A DNA stretch of 64,000 bases from Candidatus Parcubacteria bacterium (GTDB lineage: Bacteria > Patescibacteriota > Minisyncoccia > Sungbacterales > SURF-37): NCBI GenBank assembly GCA_003599755.1, contig QZJO01000009.1, positions 86,140-150,139 of the forward strand, written 5' to 3'. A program made the position numbers and the translations under genes. Each line of letters opens with the position of its first letter. Within the stretch, counting starts at the first letter, position 1. This document shows, piece by piece, positions 35,635-45,684 of this stretch. The notes beneath the pieces are model-generated. The model was not told the origin of the DNA. It saw nothing but the letters and a program-made list of their open reading frames with translations, and did no database searches.

Positions 35635-36306
35635 TTACTGGCAGCGACCTTGTTCAACGACGAGCAGTGCGGTGCCGCCGTTTGTCAGGTTGGAAGTAGA
35701 CATCTGGAATGCGGTTGTCGACGTTCCGCCGCCGTTTCCCACGTAGACGCGCACCCAACTGTTGTTCTCTCCTCTCAATTCAATGCATCCGCCCTGGCTC
35801 GCCGACGTTGACTCGACCGAGAGCGTAGTCGTTGCGGCAGATCCCAATGCCGCGTCTCCTGTTACGCCCAGTTCCTGATATGGACTGGTGGTGCCGGACA
35901 CGCCCAGGCGTGAATTAAAGACGCCAAGTTCATCAACGACCAGGTTGCCTTGCCCGGTCGTCGCTTGGCCCACGCCGAGTGCAACGCTGAAGTATCCCGA
36001 GCCGCTCACGTTGAACGTCGTTACCGGCGAGTTCGTCGAAGCGCCGGCGGATAGCGTGCTATAAAACAGGCCGACGCCCGTTGCCTGCAGCGTTGAGGAG
36101 GCATATACCGCGCCCGTAAGGGTAGACGCGCCCGTTACGGTCAGCGTGCCGTCCGTGTTGATATTCGTGCTGATCGTCGTGGCCGATAAGACGCTATAAG
36201 AAACCGCGAGTACGAATATGGCAGCCAAAAGACCGACCATAATGATATCCCGCTTCGACACCAGTGAACTGAACGTGGTCCGCATATGTTCTCCCGTTCT
36301 ATACAA
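35635..36306 (-). CDS. Membrane-anchored Thr/Ser/Gly-rich hypothetical surface protein (223 aa).
   Basis: N-terminal TM segment IIMVGLLAAIFVLAVSYSVL followed by a T/S/G-rich repetitive sequence. No pilin-type prepeptidase site seen. Confidence 0.45.
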   Translation of the reverse strand: MYRTGEHMRTTFSSLVSKRDIIMVGLLAAIFVLAVSYSVLSATTISTNINTDGTLTVTGASTLTGAVYASSTLQATGVGLFYSTLSAGASTNSPVTTFNVSGSGYFSVALGVGQATTGQGNLVVDELGVFNSRLGVSGTTSPYQELGVTGDAALGSAATTTLSVESTSASQGGCIELRGENNSWVRVYVGNGGGTSTTAFQMSTSNLTNGGTALLVVEQGRCQ

Positions 36307-36423
36307 ATAAACACCGTATGCGACCGGAACGAAACCGCTTCCGGCTGAGTATTAGGGATAGGCGACTACCTATCGCCCTGCTTGCATTACTATACCAGGA
36401 AAAAAAACGTTCAATACCGCGGT

Positions 36424-36433
36424 TGTGGATAAC
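36424..36433 (+). promoter_or_regulatory. DnaA-box-like site TGTGGATAAC inside a short palindrome GCGGTT-GTGGAT-AACCGC, in the divergent intergenic region before the glycan locus.
   Basis: Exact copy of the recurring 10-mer. Confidence 0.4.
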
Positions 36434-36526
36434 CGCTGATTATGTAACTGCTTCTTTACAACGGGTCACGATCGCCGTTTTGATCTGCCATACTGGGCCT
36501 ATCCGGCAGCGAATCCATATGACGCC

Positions 36527-37693
36527 ATGCAGCGGAAGCAAAAAATCCTATTCGTGATAACAAAATCGGTCTGGGGCGGCGCGGGCCGCTATGTCTATGA
36601 CCTCGCCACCCGATTGGATGACGCGGGGCCATTTGATATTGCCGTTGCCTGCGGCGGAAACGGTCCGCTTCTCGAAAAGCTCCGAGAGCGCGGCATCCGC
36701 ACCATTCCCTTGCCCTGGCTCGAACGAGATATCGGCATCGTGCGGGAGCTTGCCGCACTCGGAGCGCTCGTGGCGCTGTTTTTCCGCGAGCGACCGGACG
36801 TCGTCCATCTCAATAGTTCAAAAGTCGGAGGGCTCGGTGCGGTTGCTGCCGCCATCGCCCGGCTCGGCCGGCTTTCCACCCGCCCGCGCGCGATCTTTAC
36901 CGTGCACGGCTGGGCGTTTTATGAACCCCGTCCCCGTTGGCAGCGCTGGATCATCATGACCGCTTCATGGGCAACGGGGCTGCTCTGCGATCGCGTCATT
37001 CTCATCAATACGGCGGATCACCGTTCAGCCGCGCGTTTTATCTCGCACAAAAAACTCGCGCTCGTATTCCACGGCATTAAACCGCTTGCCGCGCTGCCGC
37101 GCGACGAAGCCCGCCGAGCGCTGGCCGTGCGCACCGGCTGGCCGTTCGCCATTGATACCGTGCTCATCGGCGCGATCGCGGAACTGACGCGCACCAAAGG
37201 CCTGGATATCCTGCTCGAGGCCGCCGAGGCGCTCAAAAACCGCGCGGGACGGGAGTCATGGCGCATCGTTATCATCGGTGAGGGCGAGGATCGCGCCAAA
37301 CTTGCCGCGCGTATTGCCGAGCGCGGCCTGACGAATGCCGTGGCGCTGGCCGGATTTATTCCCGATGCCGCAACCCTGCTTTCCGCATTCGACATATTCG
37401 TTCTGCCCTCGCGCAAGGAAGGCCTGCCCTATGCGCTTATGGAAGCCATGAGCGTTGGCGTGGCCGCGGTCGGCAGCCGCGTGGGCGGCGTGCCGGATCT
37501 TATTGAAGACAACGTGAGCGGCAAGCTCGTGCCGGCCGGCGATACGACAGCTCTTGCCGAAGCCATCGGCGAACTGATCGAACATCCCGGTCGGCGGCGT
37601 ATGATAGGTGAAAGCGCCCGTCAGCGCATTCGGTCCGCATTTCCCATCGACACCATGGTTCACCAGACCGCGGCTCTGTATTTGAACGCATAA
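36527..37693 (+). CDS. Glycosyltransferase family 4.
   Basis: GT4 E-x7-E motif region FVLPSRKEGLPYALMEAMSVGVAAV. Confidence 0.85.
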   Translation: MQRKQKILFVITKSVWGGAGRYVYDLATRLDDAGPFDIAVACGGNGPLLEKLRERGIRTIPLPWLERDIGIVRELAALGALVALFFRERPDVVHLNSSKVGGLGAVAAAIARLGRLSTRPRAIFTVHGWAFYEPRPRWQRWIIMTASWATGLLCDRVILINTADHRSAARFISHKKLALVFHGIKPLAALPRDEARRALAVRTGWPFAIDTVLIGAIAELTRTKGLDILLEAAEALKNRAGRESWRIVIIGEGEDRAKLAARIAERGLTNAVALAGFIPDAATLLSAFDIFVLPSRKEGLPYALMEAMSVGVAAVGSRVGGVPDLIEDNVSGKLVPAGDTTALAEAIGELIEHPGRRRMIGESARQRIRSAFPIDTMVHQTAALYLNA

Positions 37694-37697
37694 CTCC

Positions 37698-39149
37698 ATG
37701 CGCCGCTCACTCTCGCCCGCGACGCTCTTGATCCTGGTCGGCGATATCGCCGTATTCCTGGCAGCCATCACGATCACGCTCGTCATCCGTCACGGTGGCG
37801 CTCCCGATGCGTCGATCGTCGAACTTTATCGATTCGCCGCTCCGTTTCTCATCGCGCTCTGGGCGGCCGGTTTTACGATCTTCGGCCTGTACGATATCCG
37901 GTTCGTCAAAAACGATCCGCAATTTTTCGATCGCCTGCTGCGCGCGGTACTCTTCAACGGCGCGGTCACCGCGTTTTTCTTTTATGCGATTCCACGCTTC
38001 GGCTTGCGACCGCTCGGTTCTCTGGTTATTCTCACCGGCGTTCTTGCCGTTCTTACGCTCGGCTGGCGAGGGCTCGCGAATATCATCCTCGCCCAACAGC
38101 GCAAGGATCGGATCCTTTGGATCGGCATCACGCCCGACGTGCTGGCCATCGTCCGGTTCCTGCGGGCAAACCCCCAGCTTGGCTTCGCACCGGCGGCATT
38201 TTTACGCATGCATGGCGAAGACGACCTACGCCTGCACGCGACAAGTTTCAGCGAGCCGGTCTTTCCGGCCGAACATCCCCTCACCGATATTGTCGCGCGC
38301 GAGCGAATAACCCATATCGTTCTCTCCCCCGCCGTTCAGCAGTCGGCGACACTGGCCAAAGCGCTCTTTCGCGTCGTGCCGCTCGGCGTGACCGTCATGG
38401 AATTCGACAAATTCTACGAACTGGTCGAAGGTAAAATTCCCGTGGCGCATATCAACGAGGCGTGGTTTTTTGAAAATCTCATCGGCCAGCGGCGGCCGCG
38501 CTATGAATTCGGCAAGCGGATACTTGATCTTGGATTCGCCGTCCCGTGGGGTATCGCGATGCTCATACTCTTCGCGCCGATTGCGCTCGGCATCGTGCTC
38601 TCGACGCCGCGCGACATCCGCTCCTGGCGCGCGCGCCGCGCCCGGCCGGGCGATGGCATCATCTTTTTCCGCCAGCGGCGCGTCGGGCGCGATGGCCGCG
38701 TATTCCAGTTCGTGAAATTCCGCAGCCAGCGCCTCGGCGCGGAGCGCTACGGCAGCGAAAAATTCGCGGGCAGTCCGCCTGCCGGACGGGCAGGTCATGA
38801 TCCACGCACGTATCCGTTCGGTACGTTCCTCCGCAAAACGTATCTTGATGAATTGCCGCAGGTTTGGAATGTGCTCAAGGGCGACATGTCGTTCGTCGGC
38901 CCGCGGCCCGAGCGGCCGGAATTCGTGCGCGAGCTGGAACGAACCATCCCCTTCTACCGGACCCGGGAACTCGTGCTGCCCGGCATCACGGGCTGGGCGC
39001 AGATCAACATGGAAAACGACGCCTCGGTGTCCGACGCGCCCGAAAAACTCCAGTACGATCTGTATTACATCAAGAACCGTTCGCTCGCACTTGATCTCAA
39101 TATCCTCTTGAAGACCGCGTTGGCGCTTTTACGCCGGAGCGGACGCTGA
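37698..39149 (+). CDS. Polyprenyl-phosphate glycosyl-1-phosphate transferase (WbaP/CpsE-type bacterial sugar transferase).
   Basis: N-terminal TM helices. C-terminal LDELPQVWNVLKGDMSFVGPRPERPEF and PGITGWAQIN are hallmark motifs of bacterial sugar transferases (PF02397). Confidence 0.85.
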   Translation: MRRSLSPATLLILVGDIAVFLAAITITLVIRHGGAPDASIVELYRFAAPFLIALWAAGFTIFGLYDIRFVKNDPQFFDRLLRAVLFNGAVTAFFFYAIPRFGLRPLGSLVILTGVLAVLTLGWRGLANIILAQQRKDRILWIGITPDVLAIVRFLRANPQLGFAPAAFLRMHGEDDLRLHATSFSEPVFPAEHPLTDIVARERITHIVLSPAVQQSATLAKALFRVVPLGVTVMEFDKFYELVEGKIPVAHINEAWFFENLIGQRRPRYEFGKRILDLGFAVPWGIAMLILFAPIALGIVLSTPRDIRSWRARRARPGDGIIFFRQRRVGRDGRVFQFVKFRSQRLGAERYGSEKFAGSPPAGRAGHDPRTYPFGTFLRKTYLDELPQVWNVLKGDMSFVGPRPERPEFVRELERTIPFYRTRELVLPGITGWAQINMENDASVSDAPEKLQYDLYYIKNRSLALDLNILLKTALALLRRSGR

Positions 39150-39209
39150 TCATTCCTGCTGCCGCGGCAGGAGCGTAAAGAAACGGGCGTCTCAATGACG
39201 CCCGTTTCT

Positions 39210-40127
39210 TTACTTCGCGTTTCGCATTTCCAGTTTTTTCTTTACCCGTTCGAGATGTTCCTTGTCGTGGCCGATCACGTCCTCAAGCGCCAGGCCTTGT
39301 TCGGCCAAGAGCGCATCGTTGAACGCGCGATCGGCGCGCAAGAGATCGGCCACCGCGCTAAGGCCGATATCCGCGGCATGCGTGATAAACGCGTCCATAT
39401 CTTTGGGAAAACAAAAACCCCCAACGCCGCGATACCCGCCGTAGAGCACGTCGATATGCGAATCGCCGATGCGGTGATCGGCGGCCATGCCGATGCGCAC
39501 GTTTTCATAATCCGCGCCCATGCGCTCGGCGAGTTTGGCAAGAGCATTCGCGAACATCACCTTGCGGTAAAAATGAACGTTGCGCGCGTACTTGATGATC
39601 TCGGCTTCGGTCGCCGTGATCGCCGTTCGCCGATAGGTGTTGATCCCCCAGGGCGACATGAACGGAGCCTTGGGCAGAAGCGATAACACGGCGTGTGCGG
39701 CATCCTGGCTTTGGCTCGTGAAGCCCACAATCTGGGCATCGGGCCGGACAAAATCCTCCCAGGCGAATTTTTCAGTCAGATTCTCGGGATTGAAAAGAAC
39801 TTTGTGCTCGGGAAATTTTTCCTGAAACGCTTCGGTCGTCCCGGGCGGTACCGTGGATTTGATCACCATGATTTTTGGCGAATGCACGAGCCGGAACGCG
39901 GATTCTACCGCGGCAAGATTCGCCCGGCCGTCCGGCATCCGCGGCGTCGGCACGCAAATGAACACCACCGCGGCCTTGTCCGGGTCGTCGGACATGGCTT
40001 TGGCCGGATCGGTATCGTACAAAAAGAGATCCTTGCCGCGCTCATAGCCGCGCATTTCTTGGAAATAGCGGGCAAGCGGCGTGCCCACCATCCCTACCCC
40101 GATCACCGCAACGGGAATTCGGCTCAT
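39210..40127 (-). CDS. Nucleotide-sugar dehydrogenase family protein (UDP-glucose/GDP-mannose dehydrogenase-like, short form).
   Basis: Rossmann AVIGVGMVGTPLA and catalytic-Cys motif GGFCFPKD. Start taken at MSRIPVAVIG. Confidence 0.7.
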   Translation of the reverse strand: MSRIPVAVIGVGMVGTPLARYFQEMRGYERGKDLFLYDTDPAKAMSDDPDKAAVVFICVPTPRMPDGRANLAAVESAFRLVHSPKIMVIKSTVPPGTTEAFQEKFPEHKVLFNPENLTEKFAWEDFVRPDAQIVGFTSQSQDAAHAVLSLLPKAPFMSPWGINTYRRTAITATEAEIIKYARNVHFYRKVMFANALAKLAERMGADYENVRIGMAADHRIGDSHIDVLYGGYRGVGGFCFPKDMDAFITHAADIGLSAVADLLRADRAFNDALLAEQGLALEDVIGHDKEHLERVKKKLEMRNAK

Positions 40128-40215
40128 GGCAAAAATATTCAGAATTATTGCACTATGAGTGATACCGCCAGTCGCGCGCTTCCGTTTTACCTCGCGCCAG
40201 AACGCTTGCAAAGCT

Positions 40216-42462
40216 TCATAATCCCTGCCGGATCTGGTCGATCAGCTGCTCGCCGCGCTCTTTGAACAGCGGCTCAAGGCGGATCGCTTCTTCGAGCGCG
40301 GCGATCGCCTCTTGATTGCGGCCAGCCCGATAATACATGGCGCCGAGATTCGCATGCGCTTCGGCGCTCTGGGGCGAAGCCGCGACCGCGGCCTCTGAGA
40401 GAGCGACCGCCTTGGCAAAGTCCCCCGCGCGCGCATATGCCTCGGCAAGGCGGGGCTCGGCAGGCGTTCGCGTGCCGTAGAAATCCTCCATGATCTGCTC
40501 GGCGTCGGCCGCGCGGCCGGCAAGAATGAGAATCATCGCGTAGTTCCGCGCCGCCTCGGGATAATCGGGCGCAAGCTCGTAGGCGCGCTGCAATGAACGG
40601 ACCGCGCCTTCGGCGTCATTCGCGTTCAGATACGCTTCGGCGGCGATAAAGTAAAACTGCGGCCGCTGATCGGAAAGCTGGAATAATTCATCGAGCACGG
40701 CAAGGGCTTGAGCCGTTTGCCCCACCGCGAGGTACAGGGACGCGGAAAACACCTTGGATCGCACGTCCGTCGGGAATTCCTCGCGCTGCGCTTCATGCTC
40801 GGCGATCGCGAATTGGAGGAATTTAAGGCGGTCTTGCTCCGCGAGCGATTGATCCGCCGCGAGCGCAGTGGCGATCTGCGCGGCCTGCTCGCGAATTTCG
40901 GTCGCGCCGAACGTATTGCGATCGAGTCCGCCTTGGAACGTCGCGATGAGCGAATCTACCTTGCCTGCTGCGGGCGCGATGCCGTTGATTCTCAAGCCGT
41001 CCAAAATCGATTTGGCGGCAAGCATCGGCTGGATATTCGCAAACCATAGCGCGGCAACGACTACGATCGCGGCAGCGCCGGCCGCGCCCGCAGCGGGTAT
41101 GAGCCCGAATGCGCGAACCGATGACCGCGCCTCGCCGCGCGCGGCCGTCGCGAAGCTATGGATGTACGCAAGCACGGCGAAGAATAGAAGATAACTCGTG
41201 AGGTTATCGAAAACGAATACATTCTGGAACATATGCGCCGCAATAAGCGCTCCGAACACGGCAAATGTCGCCGCGTTCATGCTGCCGCCGCGATGCAGTG
41301 TCCAAAGCAGCCAGGCCGCGGCGGCGTACATGCTCAGATACGCGACCAGGCCGAATATGCCGCCGGCGATCAGCCAATCCAGGAATACGTTATGTGCGCG
41401 ATCGAACCACGGCTCCTGGCGCCAGAGCGCCGGGTCGTAATATTTCGAAAACACGTAGACGAACGAATCCTGTCCCCAGCCGATGATCGGCCGCTCCTGC
41501 CAGCCCTCGAAGGCCATCCGCCAGATGATGAAGCGGGATTGCGTCGTGGTTTCGGAAAGCGATATGGCGGCGAAGCGCGATAGGACGTCGCTTTGGCGCA
41601 CGAATGCCGTATCTCTCACGAGGAAAAACAACACCGGCAGCGCGATTGCCGCGCCGATCGCGCCGAATGCCAATCGCCGGGCCGCGCCGCGGGCAGACCA
41701 GGCAAAGAGGAGGCCGAACACGAACAATCCGCCCAAAAACCCGAGCATCGCGCCGCGGGTCGCGGTGAAGTAGAGCATCACGAGCTCCAGCGCAAACGCC
41801 GCTGTGAGCGCGGCGCGCAAATACCAATTCTTGGTATCGAGTACGAACCAAAGAATGAAGAACAGATTGAATACCAAATACGCCGCATAATACGTGGCGT
41901 TGCCGAACGTCGCGTCCACGCGCGTGCCGCCTTGATGAATTTCAAATACGCCCGCAAGCTGCAGGAGGCCATAGATCGCTGTGGCTATGCTTACGACGAC
42001 GCTCGTGCCGAAAAACAGTCGCCAATCCCATTCAGTGCGAAACGCCGCGGCCAACAGGAAAAAGAAAAGACCGAGATGCAAGATACCAAGGTACCCTTCC
42101 ATTCGCTCGAAGTTGGACCAAAAGCTGTGATATGGCGAGATACCGAATGCCGTAGCCGCGCCCATGACAATAAGAAATGCGAGCACGGCCCAGGCGATTG
42201 TCGACGAACGCGGTCGGAATCGCGGAAACCGGAATGCCGCGTATACCCACACGACCGCGAGCAGTTCGATCAGGACCCGAAACAAAAAGTTCTTTCCCGT
42301 GATGAACGGAAAATAAAGCGAACGCGTAACGACGAAAACTAAAAACGGCGTCACCAAGAGGCCGATCTTCAGGGTCCACGAAAGCGTTTTTTCAGTATCT
42401 GACATGGCAAAATCCAGTGTAGCACCGCCCGCCAAAAAAGAAAGCGCCACCCCGATGCGCAT
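40216..42462 (-). CDS. O-antigen ligase/polymerase-like (Wzy_C) polytopic membrane domain fused to C-terminal TPR repeats.
   Basis: ~12 TM helices with a large periplasmic loop. C-terminal ~250 aa contain TPR-like repeats (AEAYLNANDAEGAVRSLQRAYELAPDYPEA...). Confidence 0.7.
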   Translation of the reverse strand: MRIGVALSFLAGGATLDFAMSDTEKTLSWTLKIGLLVTPFLVFVVTRSLYFPFITGKNFLFRVLIELLAVVWVYAAFRFPRFRPRSSTIAWAVLAFLIVMGAATAFGISPYHSFWSNFERMEGYLGILHLGLFFFLLAAAFRTEWDWRLFFGTSVVVSIATAIYGLLQLAGVFEIHQGGTRVDATFGNATYYAAYLVFNLFFILWFVLDTKNWYLRAALTAAFALELVMLYFTATRGAMLGFLGGLFVFGLLFAWSARGAARRLAFGAIGAAIALPVLFFLVRDTAFVRQSDVLSRFAAISLSETTTQSRFIIWRMAFEGWQERPIIGWGQDSFVYVFSKYYDPALWRQEPWFDRAHNVFLDWLIAGGIFGLVAYLSMYAAAAWLLWTLHRGGSMNAATFAVFGALIAAHMFQNVFVFDNLTSYLLFFAVLAYIHSFATAARGEARSSVRAFGLIPAAGAAGAAAIVVVAALWFANIQPMLAAKSILDGLRINGIAPAAGKVDSLIATFQGGLDRNTFGATEIREQAAQIATALAADQSLAEQDRLKFLQFAIAEHEAQREEFPTDVRSKVFSASLYLAVGQTAQALAVLDELFQLSDQRPQFYFIAAEAYLNANDAEGAVRSLQRAYELAPDYPEAARNYAMILILAGRAADAEQIMEDFYGTRTPAEPRLAEAYARAGDFAKAVALSEAAVAASPQSAEAHANLGAMYYRAGRNQEAIAALEEAIRLEPLFKERGEQLIDQIRQGL

Positions 42463-42493
42463 CGGGGCGGCGCGAAGCCGGAAAGAACGAGAA

Positions 42494-43417
42494 TCAGCCG
42501 ACGCCCGGCAGGAAAACCTGCTCGTGCAGCCGCGGGATGTCGGTGAGGTCGGCGTATGGATGCTCCGGCATCGTCTTCAGCTCCGAGAGAAAGTTCCAGG
42601 AACCCATGTAGGTGTTGCCCGCAATCATGCGCGCTCTGGGCCGGAACTTGCCGCCGAACGTCCAGGCGAACGAACTGGCTCGGATGTCGAGCTGGTACAA
42701 CATGCGCCGAGAGCGAGAGAGCTCCTGTTCGATCTCATCGAGTCCAGTGACATCGAGCGCCGGATGCGTCACGGTGTGCGAGGCGATCTCCATGCCGCTG
42801 TCAGCCATGGCCTGGAGTTGATCGGCGCTCATGAAATACTCGCAGGCGAAGCGCTCCTGCGAGCCGCTGCCGAGCCACCCATCGAACATCTCGTCAAGCT
42901 TCTCCACCTTGAACGACTGCGATGGCCAGTGGTTGAACATCCACTTTATGCGCCGCATCTCCGGCGCCTCACCCATCTTGCGGCCGCTGGTGTCGTAGCG
43001 CTTCGGGTCCAGGAGATCGAGGTACGGCGTGCCGGCGAAGACCTTGGGCAAGATCTCACGCTCCAGACGTTCGGCGCCGAGCTCGGCGATGAGGATCTGG
43101 AAACCGATGACTGGCGGCAGCTTACGCTCGAAGGCGCACGTAATGACGAAGAACGTGGCCGGAACGCCGCACTCCTGGAGGATCGGGAAGGCCGTAGTGA
43201 ACTGATCACGAAGACCATCGTCGAACGAGAGCGTGACGTGCTTGTCGGGGAGGGGCTCCTTGGCATCCAGCCGCCCGGCTACCTCCCCGCACGTCAAGAA
43301 CTGGTAGCCGTCGCCCTTCAGCGCTTCGATCTGCTTCCGAAGGCGGCTCGGCGCGCAGTTGGGGCCGGGGGCTGCGCTATCACGAATATAGTGGTAGCCC
43401 AGATGCAACGCCTGCAT
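42494..43417 (-). CDS. Polysaccharide deacetylase (NodB-homology domain).
   Basis: VTLSFDDGLRDQ (motif 1, D-D) and EIASHTVTHP (His motif). Confidence 0.8.
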   Translation of the reverse strand: MQALHLGYHYIRDSAAPGPNCAPSRLRKQIEALKGDGYQFLTCGEVAGRLDAKEPLPDKHVTLSFDDGLRDQFTTAFPILQECGVPATFFVITCAFERKLPPVIGFQILIAELGAERLEREILPKVFAGTPYLDLLDPKRYDTSGRKMGEAPEMRRIKWMFNHWPSQSFKVEKLDEMFDGWLGSGSQERFACEYFMSADQLQAMADSGMEIASHTVTHPALDVTGLDEIEQELSRSRRMLYQLDIRASSFAWTFGGKFRPRARMIAGNTYMGSWNFLSELKTMPEHPYADLTDIPRLHEQVFLPGVG

Positions 43418-43524
43418 CGCTTACCTCTTTCTGGCGCGCGTGCGCCGATCGACGTGATGGTGCTGCTTCAAAAACAGTGATAACCGTAGCATAACTACGG
43501 CTTCTGTCAATACTCTGACAGTGC

Positions 43525-43998
43525 TTATTTCCACCCCGGCACTGCTTCCAACGCCACCAGATCCTTCGCCGGAATTTTGATAATGACGAGGCGCGCGGTC
43601 CCCTCGGCGCGATGCGCATGCGGCTGGCCAGCGGGAATCCAGAGCCAATCCCCCGGCCGCAGCGCCACTTCGGTTCCATTTCTGATTTCACTCGCTTTGA
43701 TCTCGCGGTCATCCACGCCGCCGTCCAGCAATTTCTTTGCCCACGGTTCGACGAGCTCGCCACCATATACAAACGTCACCTCACCCTCGAGGCATTGCCA
43801 CAAATCACTCTCGTGCCGATGCACTTCGGCTTCATTGACGACCGCGTAATCTTCGAGAATGTTGATCGGCAAGCCGTGCCGCAGCGCGAGCGATTTCAAC
43901 GGCTCAAGCAAACGCTTGCCTGCGCTCGGCTCCGTGCCGAGCGTTTCGTCGATGGCTGATTTGCGAATCACGGCGCACTGCGCCAGCACGGATGCCAT
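43525..43998 (-). CDS. Cupin-domain protein.
   Basis: LWIPAGQPHAHRAEGTARLVIIKIP: cupin motif 2-like beta-barrel signature. Confidence 0.55.
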   Translation of the reverse strand: MASVLAQCAVIRKSAIDETLGTEPSAGKRLLEPLKSLALRHGLPINILEDYAVVNEAEVHRHESDLWQCLEGEVTFVYGGELVEPWAKKLLDGGVDDREIKASEIRNGTEVALRPGDWLWIPAGQPHAHRAEGTARLVIIKIPAKDLVALEAVPGWK

Positions 43999-43999
43999 G

Positions 44000-44863
44000 T
44001 TATCCCAATGCAATGAGCATGACGCCGGCAATCATGAGTAATGCGCCGGCAAATCGCTCCCGGATATGATCTTCGTGAAAGAATACGCGGCCGCCGATCA
44101 CGTTGAACAACATACTGACGCGCTTGATGGATATGAAATATGCTGCGGGCATGAGCGAGAGTCCGAAATAATGGAGGCCGAACGAAAACCCCGAGAGAAT
44201 CGAAAGACCGCCGAGCATGCCCCCGTGCCCGGCAATCGAAACGCCGGTGCCGCGCCGGAACGCTATCGGCGTCAACGCGAGCGCAATGGCTGCGGTCAAA
44301 TAAAATGCCGTCAGAAACGGCGAGGCGAGATTCGTGACGACATAGCGCGTCGTCACGATCGATATCGAAACCAGGAAAGAGCCGGTCAGAATCAGCACCG
44401 TTCCCGGTTCGGCGAACACATTGGCGATGCTTTGGCTGAGCGAATGCGTCTGGCCGATACGCCAGCCGAGTACGAATGCGCCCGCAACGATCGTGAAAAT
44501 ACCGACGAGACCGATCATGGTCGGCTGCTCGCCAAGAATGACGTACCCCACCGGAATTAAAAATATACTTGTCGACGCGTGCAGCGGCGCCATGAGCGAA
44601 AGCGGCGAGCGCTGGATGGCATGATATCCGACATAGAATTGAAAAATCTCCAGGGGCGTGTTGATCACGGCGATAATCAGCCAAAACGACAGTTCCGGCA
44701 CGTGCCATTCGGAAAAAATAGTTACCGCAAGCGCGAGAATCGGCAATGCGGAGGCCAGGCGCAGCCAAATCAAAAAGAACGTATCCTCGCCCTTCAGTTT
44801 CTTAATGAAAACGTCCGAGAACGAGACCGTCAGCGCGTTCGCGACAGCGACGAATGGTCCCAT
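44000..44863 (-). CDS. EamA/DMT-family transporter.
   Basis: 10 TM helices in two EamA-like halves. Start taken at MGPFVAVANAL. Confidence 0.65.
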   Translation of the reverse strand: MGPFVAVANALTVSFSDVFIKKLKGEDTFFLIWLRLASALPILALAVTIFSEWHVPELSFWLIIAVINTPLEIFQFYVGYHAIQRSPLSLMAPLHASTSIFLIPVGYVILGEQPTMIGLVGIFTIVAGAFVLGWRIGQTHSLSQSIANVFAEPGTVLILTGSFLVSISIVTTRYVVTNLASPFLTAFYLTAAIALALTPIAFRRGTGVSIAGHGGMLGGLSILSGFSFGLHYFGLSLMPAAYFISIKRVSMLFNVIGGRVFFHEDHIRERFAGALLMIAGVMLIALG

Positions 44864-44865
44864 GA

Positions 44866-45582
44866 TTAGGATTTGAAACTCTCGGCAGCGCGCTCGGCCA
44901 GATGCCAATCCTCGGGGCTGTCGATGTTCACGCTGTATCGTTCTTCAACCGGATACAACTTTACCCTGTTACCGTACAGCGACGGCTCGTTTGAATCGAA
45001 CAAAAGACCGGCCCTGAAGAGGTAGATTGCGCCGTTATGGGTATATGTTTTTTGCGGGAAGTCCTGGCGCCGCGGGATACGGCTCTTGATCGGTCCGCCG
45101 ATAAACAGCGACCCCCATCCCTCTTCATCGATGATCTCAGCCCAGTAAGGACTATAATGCCCGGGGATTTCCACGACCGAGACGAGCGAATCCGCGCCGC
45201 TTTCGGAAAAAACTTTCACCGCATCCCGAATATGCGCTGCCTGACGGAACGGCGCGGTTGGCTGCAGCAGCATAATGGCATCGGGCTCATAGCGCTCCTG
45301 GTCTTTGAGCCACTGCACCGCGTGTTGGAGCACGGGCAGCGTAGGCGTTTTATCTTCGGCAAATTCTTTTGGCCGCATGAATGGTACTTCGATCCCCCAT
45401 TGTTTCCCGACCGCGGCGATCTCGTCATCGTCAGTTGTCAAAATAATGCGATCAAAGACGCCGGCTTGTTTTGCCGCCTCGATAGTCCAGGCGATCAGTG
45501 GCTTGCCGCCGAGGTCCTTGATGTTTTTGCGCGGAATGGATTTTGACCCGCCGCGCGCGGGGATGATGCCGAGAATTTTCAT
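44866..45582 (-). CDS. neuA: Nonulosonic-acid cytidylyltransferase (CMP-NeuNAc synthetase / NeuA-PseF-LegF family).
   Basis: ILGIIPARGGSKSIPRKNIKDLGGKPLIAWTIEAA: canonical CMP-sugar cytidylyltransferase N-terminus. Confidence 0.8.
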   Translation of the reverse strand: MKILGIIPARGGSKSIPRKNIKDLGGKPLIAWTIEAAKQAGVFDRIILTTDDDEIAAVGKQWGIEVPFMRPKEFAEDKTPTLPVLQHAVQWLKDQERYEPDAIMLLQPTAPFRQAAHIRDAVKVFSESGADSLVSVVEIPGHYSPYWAEIIDEEGWGSLFIGGPIKSRIPRRQDFPQKTYTHNGAIYLFRAGLLFDSNEPSLYGNRVKLYPVEERYSVNIDSPEDWHLAERAAESFKS

Positions 45583-45684
45583 ACCATGCTCAGTGTAGCG
45601 GTTATTGACAAAACAGACAAGAAATGATATTTACGAATGGCTTATAAAACGTTCCTTCCACCACTACCCGTCTCAGGAGGCATC

